NCBI RefSeq assembly: GCF_006345805.1
Contig: NC_042998.1
Location: forward strand, 9,424,001-9,488,000
DNA length: 64,000 nt
DNA from: Octopus sinensis
Lineage: Eukaryota
Direction: 5' to 3'
The position numbers and the translations under genes are program-made. The notes below the pieces were generated by a model. It had not been told where the DNA came from and did not search any database. It saw only the letters and a program-made list of their open reading frames with translations. Positions within the stretch are counted from its first letter, which is position 1, and each line of letters opens with the position of its first letter. Positions 62,001-64,000 of the stretch are shown piece after piece.

Positions 62001-63011
62001 GCCTGGGTTGGACATGCTGAATATCAAGACCTACCCAACCCATGCCAGCATAGATAAAAATAAGACCTAAAATGATGACTGCAAGTCCAACTGAAATTGT
62101 TTATTGCTTCAGTTTAAAGTTTCAGTTTAGCCTTTGGTTTTTATACAGCAGAAACAATCCCACCAAACATCTCCACAGATAATGCCATTTTAAAGAACTT
62201 TCTTTTGATATTCTAACAAAAAAAGTTTAAAGTGAAAGATAATTAAGTCTTCATCATCATCATTTTAATGTCCACTCTTCCATGCTTGCATGAATTAGAT
62301 GGAAGTTGTTGAGGCAGATTTTCTATGGCAGGATCCTCTTCGTATCACCAGCATTCACATGTTTACAAGCAAAATAATATTTCCTCATTGCTGGACATGT
62401 CAGAGAAGAATAGAAATGAACATCACCACTTGTATGATGGTGACACTCATTTACAGCTGTCATTTGATGTCCAGACAACACACACACACTCTCTCTCAAG
62501 ATGTTTCCATCTATCAAGTCCCTTCACAAGGACTTGGTTGGCCTGGTGCTATCATAGAAGATACTTATCCATGGTGCCATGTTGTGGGAGTGAACCCAAA
62601 CGCATATAGTTGGGAAGCAAACTTCTAAACCACTGTGAAAAGTGAGCCATCAGAAGTTTTCTTGTATCCATTGAGATTATGAAAAAGTATGGTTATTCTA
62701 AATCACATTTTATAGACATTCTTATTTGTCAGAGATCGTTATTATATATTTTCTTAAATATTTATTACATACTTGGCTTTTTTTTTTTTTTGTCAGTGTC
62801 ATATTTTAAATTGTTTGTTTGATTATTTCTCTCTGGACATGTTTTAACGAGTTTCATGGTTGTTTTTCAGTGGTTTGGCTTATAATGTAACTTCTGAGCA
62901 AGCTATGAAACATTCAGAAGTGAAAAGTCTTATTCAAGAATCAATAGTAAAGTTACAAAAAGCCACAGACAAGTTCTTGATAACAATCACCCAATCTTTG
63001 GACAAAATTCC
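2069..63011 (+). CDS. IQGAP1: IQGAP-family scaffold (IQ motif-containing GTPase-activating-like protein), internal 21-exon part of a spliced gene
   Basis: 21 exons joined at GT-AG sites with consistent phases give one open frame (2806 nt). It is colinear with human IQGAP1 as recalled: HAAIIAINDAI, DVYDELLTQAEIQG, WLEEIQ, WW-like segment, four IQ motifs, VVRKFVHLLD, NQQLENDLNQMDIKIGLLIKNRITLQ, GLKALSKE..AYQHLFYLLQTNPTYLAKLIF, VTGNP, SWINQTESQTG. Paralog number is nominal. Confidence 0.96.
3124..4282 (+). mobile_element. Decayed, internally deleted mariner (Tc1/mariner) transposon
   Basis: TA at 3122 and 4283; TIRs GGTATCAAAAAGT(A/T)CCTG(A/G)ACTA. From ATG 3311: KLGKSATETL...EDE*SGRPVTS with stops. 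C-terminal YSPDLAPENFDLFPKMK...FQKWQKCWDWCIAAQGDYFKGD matches the mariner YSPDLAP motif. Confidence 0.9.
3969..4219. repeat. Insertion containing a spacer-less palindrome, flanked by 12-bp direct repeats
   Basis: TTAAGTTTATAA at 3957-3968 and 4220-4231; arms 4029-4120 and 4121-4212 are reverse complements with one mismatch. Confidence 0.9.
4955..5305 (+). mobile_element. Diverged SINE, family AB
   Basis: TGGCTGTGTGG/GGTTCAATCC tRNA boxes, CTTGGGCAA segment, GACTGAAAC end. Confidence 0.75.
5365..5560 (+). mobile_element. Diverged family D element
   Basis: GGTATTAGCAAGGGCATCAAGCTGTAGAAA core and CCAACCTATGCCAGCATGG end. Confidence 0.65.
7886..8142 (+). mobile_element. Family D element
   Basis: Near-identical to 1697-1973; long (GAT)n tail. 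Confidence 0.88.
10012..10184. mobile_element. hAT-like MITE
   Basis: TIRs CACTAGTATGGCTA / TAGCTATGCTAGTG; imperfect 8-bp TSD GATACATA/GATATATC. Confidence 0.55.
10210..10393. mobile_element. piggyBac-like MITE, family M2
   Basis: TTTA|CCCTTAACTGTGAAA...TTTCACAGTTAAAGGG|TTAA; second copy at 21809-21992. Confidence 0.7.
11272..11546 (+). mobile_element. Family D element
   Basis: Two subrepeats, core and (GAT)n tail. Confidence 0.88.
12578..12985 (+). mobile_element. Full-length tRNA-derived SINE, family AB (central TA/TG microsatellite)
   Basis: GGCGCAGGAGTGGCTGTGTGGTAAG...GAGTTCAGTCC head, CTTGGGCAAGTGTCTT segment, (TA)n(TG)n, 3' half ending GACTGAAACAAGT(AAAAGAGT)n. Confidence 0.9.
14106..14308. 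mobile_element. hAT (Charlie-like) MITE
   Basis: TIRs CAGTGGTTTTCAACC / GGTTGAAAAGCACTG (14 of 15 match); 8-bp TSD CTCTAGGG/CTCTAGAG, fitting the NTCTAGAN target. Confidence 0.9.
15032..15380 (-). mobile_element. Family D element
   Basis: (TCA)n at the left end, reverse complement of core, three subrepeats. Confidence 0.88.
16785..16914. repeat. Near-perfect 130-bp palindrome built from microsatellites
   Basis: GAATACTTTTCTCT(GT)n(AT)n...ATTTAAATTAA-TTTT-TTAATTTAAAT...(AT)n(AC)nAGAGAAAAGTATTC. Confidence 0.9.
16918..17335 (+). mobile_element. Full-length SINE, family AB
   Basis: Same structure as 12578-12985. Confidence 0.9.
19209..19405 (+). mobile_element. SINE family C, 5'-truncated
   Basis: Highly similar to 1-233, with a small internal deletion. 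Confidence 0.85.
19445..19509. repeat. (CA)n microsatellite
   Basis: Uninterrupted CA run. Others: (GT)n about 18641-18686, (AC)n about 39874-39912, (TA)n about 63533-63569. Confidence 0.95.
19740..20095 (+). mobile_element. RTE-clade LINE fragment (RT C-terminus, frameshifted)
   Basis: Translates in part as CWFGQVVCMEDG...KCLMIQEKQTCRIGRLMKT, like the RTE consensus LRWFGHVxRM...GRPxKTW. Confidence 0.7.
20295..20514. mobile_element. piggyBac-like MITE M1, ending 27 nt upstream of exon 2
   Basis: TCAA|CCCTTTAA...TTAAAGGG|TTAA; internal sequence matches 1076-1296. Confidence 0.8.
20542..20632 (+). CDS. IQGAP1: IQGAP exon 2
   Basis: ttttgtttcag|TTC ATT...AAT G|gtgagt; FIDPNSTYEADVYDELLTQAEIQGYINQVN; phase 0 to 1; follows an 18.3-kb intron; missing from the ORF track. 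Confidence 0.95.
20760..21161 (-). mobile_element. Non-autonomous Helitron
   Basis: On the minus strand it starts TC and ends CTAG, sits between host A and T, and has a GC hairpin (CCCGG-CGTTGC-TCGGG, 20772-20787) just before the 3' end; no TSD. Confidence 0.82.
21591..21751 (+). CDS. IQGAP1: IQGAP exon 3
   Basis: tatttttcag|TT TAC...AAA AAG|gtaaag; VYTSLSWVNDALQKMDRDSLINALTSGFLSLKNVNLNNIDFYMKCLQDTLELKK; phase 1 to 0. Confidence 0.92.
21809..21992. mobile_element. piggyBac-like MITE M2, diverged
   Basis: TTAA|CCCTTTT...TTTCACAGTGAAAGAG|TTAT; internal similarity to 10210-10393. Confidence 0.62.
22724..22862 (+). mobile_element. SINE family C, 3' half
   Basis: GGTCAACTTTGCCTTTCATCCC...AGCCCCTTGTGGGTAATAAAGAAAT. 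Confidence 0.82.
23103..23318 (+). mobile_element. Family D element
   Basis: Core and (GAT)n tail. Confidence 0.85.
23513..23922 (+). mobile_element. Family D element with four ~62-bp tandem units
   Basis: Units start at 23519, 23581, 23643, 23706; then core and long (GAT)n tail. Confidence 0.9.
24473..24563 (+). CDS. IQGAP1: IQGAP exon 4
   Basis: ttatttgcacag|AAC AAT...CAG A|gtatgg; NNNGGDVFLDKDEVQAAINLANQEADVEYQ; phase 0 to 1. Confidence 0.92.
25190..25560 (-). mobile_element. Family D element, longer subfamily
   Basis: Reverse complement of core, with diverged subrepeats; shares its 5' extension with 41126-41650. Confidence 0.85.
26252..27079. mobile_element. Nested AB SINEs: a minus copy split by a plus copy (about 26477-26885)
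   Basis: Order on + strand: 3' half (-), (CA)n, full copy (+), (TA)n, 5' half (-). Confidence 0.88.
27361..27770 (+). mobile_element. Full-length SINE, family AB
   Basis: Same structure as 12578-12985. Confidence 0.9.
28973..29173 (+). CDS. IQGAP1: IQGAP exon 5
   Basis: tttatcacag|AG CAA...AAA A|gtaagt; KQVAVKNINLAIENTDAEQLMKALQNPAAQLSPIDDTAPMLYCDEFCSIRQEKQDSLEYHEIFNAVK; phase 1 to 1. Confidence 0.94.
31724..31878. mobile_element. MITE M1, internally deleted
   Basis: CTCTTTAGCATTTAAA...CTAAATGG|TTAA. Confidence 0.65.
32290..32453 (+). CDS. IQGAP1: IQGAP exon 6
   Basis: ttattttag|TT CTT...TTT GAG|gtgagt; ILSAIAAINSAVDRRNSQATFTALSDPNAHIPTLDFELSEKYQNCLAKEKQKKFE; phase 1 to 0. Confidence 0.94.
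32894..33350 (-). mobile_element. Family D element
   Basis: Reverse complement of tail and core; four subrepeat motifs. Confidence 0.85.
33611..33692 (+). CDS. IQGAP1: IQGAP exon 7
   Basis: tttattatag|TTA CCT...GAA C|gtaagt; LPCEQLTHHEIVMAVEKVHQQVQQEHE, matching IQGAP1 ...VNLVVQEEHER; phase 0 to 1, needed to bridge exons 6 and 8. Confidence 0.92.
33900..34123 (+). mobile_element. Putative Penelope-like terminal fragment with a minimal hammerhead-like motif
   Basis: CpG-containing island ending in (AT)n; motif GTTT-CCAACGA-AGAGCTCCGCTC-GAAACGTT-AAAC. Class is inferred from the motif only. Confidence 0.4.
34375..34585. mobile_element. MITE M1, diverged
   Basis: CCCTTCAGCATTTAAAA... internal match to 1076-1296. 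Confidence 0.68.
35153..35546 (+). mobile_element. Full-length SINE, family AB
   Basis: Ends about 130 nt upstream of the exon 8 acceptor. Confidence 0.9.
35679..35842 (+). CDS. IQGAP1: IQGAP exon 8
   Basis: catttcag|GA GTT...GCA TTG|gtaact; RVCAIGTINDAISNGDEQAVLAALQLPAAQLQNVRDRLAHQYMVMLVNKKNKKAL; phase 1 to 0. Confidence 0.94.
36041..36131 (+). CDS. IQGAP1: IQGAP exon 9
   Basis: cacatttcag|CAA TCT...GAA A|gtatat; QSQDEDTLLWLEEIQETIVEANEDEEKAVE (IQGAP1 QDESAVLWLDEIQ); phase 0 to 1. Confidence 0.94.
36340..36790 (-). mobile_element. RTE-clade LINE fragment
   Basis: Minus-strand MLHGSETW motif (RTE LLYGxETW) followed by a degenerate WYRHVM. Confidence 0.75.
36866..37033 (+). CDS. IQGAP1: IQGAP exon 10
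   Basis: ctattttcag|TG TCT...CTG G|gtaata; MSLGIKDINANLNQDSSDVLLQSLQCQPVQLQNLRSSCGNIYMEKLRALRSEKETL; phase 1 to 1. Confidence 0.92.
37860..38235 (-). mobile_element. RTE-clade LINE fragment
   Basis: Minus-strand pieces ELLPLL...SAMLH...LERNEVSILRWM...LREELGVREIKQSVQE, homologous to 36340-36790. Confidence 0.7.
38255..38651 (-). mobile_element. Full-length SINE, family AB
   Basis: Reverse complement of the AB structure. Confidence 0.9.
38757..39867. repeat. Long inverted repeat (fold-back): two arms of about 535 bp and a 39-bp spacer
   Basis: Left arm 38757-39294 (CACTTGATAAGTTAGCTTGTCTCCAGC...GTAGTGAAGAAAT) is the reverse complement of 39334-39867 (ATTTCTTCACTGCTAC...GCTGGAGACAAGCTAACTTATCAAGTG), with scattered substitutions and small indels. 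Confidence 0.93.
40878..41020 (+). CDS. IQGAP1: IQGAP exon 11 (WW-like domain)
   Basis: ccaatactag|GT GAG...ATC CAG|gtaatt; GETGTGWMMNRSPEGFKFFYNVNTGDYAWVRNDTIIKDYSILTKEEIQ; phase 1 to 0. Confidence 0.94.
41126..41650 (-). mobile_element. Longest family D copy
   Basis: Tail, core, up to five diverged units and a unique 5' extension; no tRNA head. Confidence 0.85.
43330..43525 (+). mobile_element. SINE family C, diverged
   Basis: GAGCTGGCAG head, TTCTGAGTTCAAATTC, CTTTCATCCC core. Further diverged copies at about 41955-42090 (-), 44035-44220 (+) and 57172-57350 (+). Confidence 0.75.
45001..45171 (+). CDS. IQGAP1: IQGAP exon 12 (IQ1, start of IQ2)
   Basis: ctgattccag|AGT GTT...ATC CAG|gtaaat; SVLTEIQESYDRELLFKANEGFIVLVQALIRGYLVRKSFNDRITYINSQTPAITKIQ; phase 0 to 0. 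Confidence 0.95.
45552..45635 (+). CDS. IQGAP1: IQGAP exon 13 (IQ2)
   Basis: ctttatttcag|GCT TAC...GTT AAG|gtaaat; AYWRGSRQRNLFKTRKQFLKQNGPAAVK; phase 0 to 0. Confidence 0.95.
45909..45980 (+). CDS. IQGAP1: IQGAP exon 14 (IQ3)
   Basis: gttgaatcag|TTA CAA...GAC AAT|gtaagt; LQAFTRMYLTRKRYRERLKYFKDN; phase 0 to 0. Confidence 0.95.
46785..47120 (+). mobile_element. Family D element inserted in a (TA)n tract
   Basis: (TA)n at 46756-46783 and 47121-47133 on either side. Confidence 0.85.
48454..48523 (+). CDS. IQGAP1: IQGAP exon 15 (IQ4)
   Basis: gatttttcaag|GAA AAT...CTT G|gtaagt; ENSIVKIQAFVRSTLARHDYKSL; phase 0 to 1. Confidence 0.95.
48736..48931. repeat. Inverted repeat with arms of about 87 bp and a 22-bp spacer
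   Basis: ATTATAAATAAGGGC...CCACATGAAATATT (48736-48822) versus AATATTTCATGTGG...GCCCTTATTTATAAT (48845-48931). Confidence 0.92.
49135..49515 (-). mobile_element. Diverged SINE, family AB
   Basis: CACTTGCCCAGG, GGATTGAACC and ACCACACAGCCA reverse-complement motifs. Confidence 0.7.
49693..49779 (+). CDS. IQGAP1: IQGAP exon 16
   Basis: aaatttttag|TT TAT...CTT G|gtaagt; VYDDNPPLSVVRKFVHLLDASDADYAEEL; phase 1 to 1. Confidence 0.96.
51117..51238 (+). CDS. IQGAP1: IQGAP exon 17
   Basis: tgtattttag|AA CTA...TTA CAG|gtaaga; ELQKLRQQVGSEIRSNQQLENDLNQMDIKIGLLIKNRITLQ; phase 1 to 0. Confidence 0.96.
51458..51846 (+). mobile_element. Full-length tRNA-derived SINE, family E, with 11-bp TSD
   Basis: Head GGCGCAATGGCCCAGTGGTTAGGGCAGCGGACTCG...GGTTTCGATTCC (A and B boxes); (TTCCA)2 tail; TSD AATATTTTACT at 51447-51457 and 51847-51857. 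Confidence 0.92.
52006..52304 (+). CDS. IQGAP1: IQGAP exon 18 (start of GAP-related domain region)
   Basis: gatttatag|GAT GTA...ATT AC|gtaagt; DVVFHNHKLKKHAERTGAMTRGLKALSKESRGKLDAYQHLFYLLQTNPTYLAKLIFEMPQSKTTKFMESVIFSLFNYGSNAREEFLLLRLFKTALEEEI; phase 0 to 2. Confidence 0.97.
54746..54751 (+). CDS. IQGAP1: Candidate 6-nt alternative microexon of IQGAP (adds Arg-Ile)
   Basis: tttctgccccatttttcattcatag|GAGAAT|gtaagt; in the phase-2 intron 18 gives AC|G AGA AT|C, frame preserved; CTAAT branch-like motif at 54697-54701. No expression evidence. Confidence 0.5.
58800..59003 (-). mobile_element. SINE family E head with a different 3' sequence
   Basis: Reverse complement matches about the first 180 bp of 51458-51846, then diverges. 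Confidence 0.85.
60032..60106 (+). CDS. IQGAP1: IQGAP exon 19 (GRD, pseudo arginine finger)
   Basis: tttttttttag|C TCT...AAC AG|gtaatt; TSKVDKMSDIVTGNPMIIKMIVGFNR; phase 2 to 2. Confidence 0.96.
60631..60805 (-). mobile_element. Family D element, 5'-truncated
   Basis: Tail and core only, cut at TTTTTACG. Confidence 0.87.
61239..61388 (+). CDS. IQGAP1: IQGAP exon 20 (GRD)
   Basis: aactacag|A AAT...GCC AG|gtattg; NPRGQSALRDLLHPLIKEVLDDKEFLINTNPVEVYKSWINQTESQTGQA; phase 2 to 2. Confidence 0.96.
62250..62630 (-). mobile_element. Old composite of family D tail and AB head remnants
   Basis: (TCA)n-TTTAATGTCC...CATGCTTGCATG at the left end; GAACCC...GTTGGGAAGCAAACTT...ACCAC at the right; similar composite at about 50700-51050. 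Confidence 0.55.
62871..63011 (+). CDS. IQGAP1: IQGAP exon 21 (GRD)
   Basis: tgtttttcag|T GGT...ATT CC|gtaagt; SGLAYNVTSEQAMKHSEVKSLIQESIVKLQKATDKFLITITQSLDKIP; phase 2 to 2; gene continues past the window. Confidence 0.96.
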
Positions 63012-63527
63012 GTAAGTTACCAATTTTCTTGAATATTTAAGGATTCTTTACCAATGAAAATAAAGAAAGAAAAAATATTTTTTTCTTGCAATGCTTACAA
63101 TTTAAAAATTATTCTATGATTGTTTTAACAATGCACAAGTTTTGTGAAAGTGGGAAGGGTCAATAGATGTTACCCCCAAAATATTACAGTTTAGACATTG
63201 TAGTTTATGCAAGTTTGACATACAGAAAAATTATCAGCTTGGAAACAATTGGAACCAAAACTAAATACTAGAAGGTTCTGTTGCCTTAGTTATTCCCATA
63301 ACGTTTAAAATATTCTGTATTGCATAAATAAAACTTTTATGAAGTAATTTGTTTTATTACAGAAAAGTATTTTATGGCTGATGTGAAACTTCAATATTTA
63401 ATATATAAACATGAAAGCAAAGCAAAAATTCTACCTCCATGCAATTACTTCATTTCAATACAAATCTCTGATCAAATCACTTTGCAAATCAATTCAACAC
63501 TGAAAATAAAAACAAAGCATCCACTTA

Positions 63528-63570
<43 letters not shown>

Positions 63571-63571
63571 G

Positions 63572-63930
63572 AAATTATTGTATACAGTGCTCAGGTGCAC
63601 CACAACTTGTCACAAAGTGCGTATAGAGTATATGCAGTAATGTACAAATGTCTGGAAAGGGAACAGTGTATGAGTCAGATACATGCTTGTGTGTGTATGG
63701 AGGGGGAGAAAATCAGGTGTAGTGTTGGCGAATCTCAGGAAGCATGGAAGTTTTGAAGGATGCAGTGCTCCGACAACTAACAACTGATGCTGGCAGTTTG
63801 TTCCTTGCTTCAGCAACTCTCAGCGTGAAAAAATGTTTCCTAAAGTCGTGGGAGCTGTGCTGTTTTCTGACTTTGTAAATATGTCCATGGGTGTTAGACA
63901 GGTGGAGTTTCTACTGCCTCAGCTGCTTCG
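63572..63930 (-). mobile_element. CR1-like LINE 3' end
   Basis: Minus strand NTHGHIYKVRKQHSSHDFRKHFFTLRVAEARNKLPASVVSCRSTASFKTSM...stop (63713), matching the CR1 TRGHxxK...RKxFFSxRV..WNxLP..FK motif; abuts (TA)n. Confidence 0.8.
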
Positions 63931-64000
63931 TTATTACCAAATATTAATACTTCTATGCTGCAAGGCAAACCAAATGAAAGCTTGTGCTGAATAGAAATAA

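Overview
AT-rich eukaryotic (animal) genomic DNA. The repeat landscape (tRNA-derived SINEs with central TA/TG microsatellites, GAT-tailed RTE-type 3' ends, Nin/Deu-like SINEs) resembles a cephalopod genome, most likely Octopus; this assignment is inferred. The whole window lies inside one + strand gene, an IQGAP (IQGAP1-like scaffold). I reconstructed 21 consecutive coding exons from 2069 to 63011 (2806 nt, about 935 codons). All have GT-AG boundaries with matching phases. They cover the IQGAP repeats, a WW-like domain, four IQ motifs and the N-terminal part of the RasGAP-related domain; the gene starts before the window and ends after it. Nearly all other ORFs in the track are repeat-derived or spurious. 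The introns hold four recurrent SINE/LINE-tail families, a decayed mariner, piggyBac-like and hAT MITEs, a non-autonomous Helitron, and RTE and CR1 fragments. Main observations: a candidate 6-nt frame-preserving microexon (54746-54751) with a perfect GTAAGT donor and upstream UGC and branch motifs; a 1.1-kb intronic fold-back; three smaller near-perfect palindromes (one with a 12-bp TSD inside the mariner); a minimal hammerhead-like motif; a SINE nested in the microsatellite of its own family; and an inverted SINE pair bracketing a 423-nt frame-symmetric exon block.
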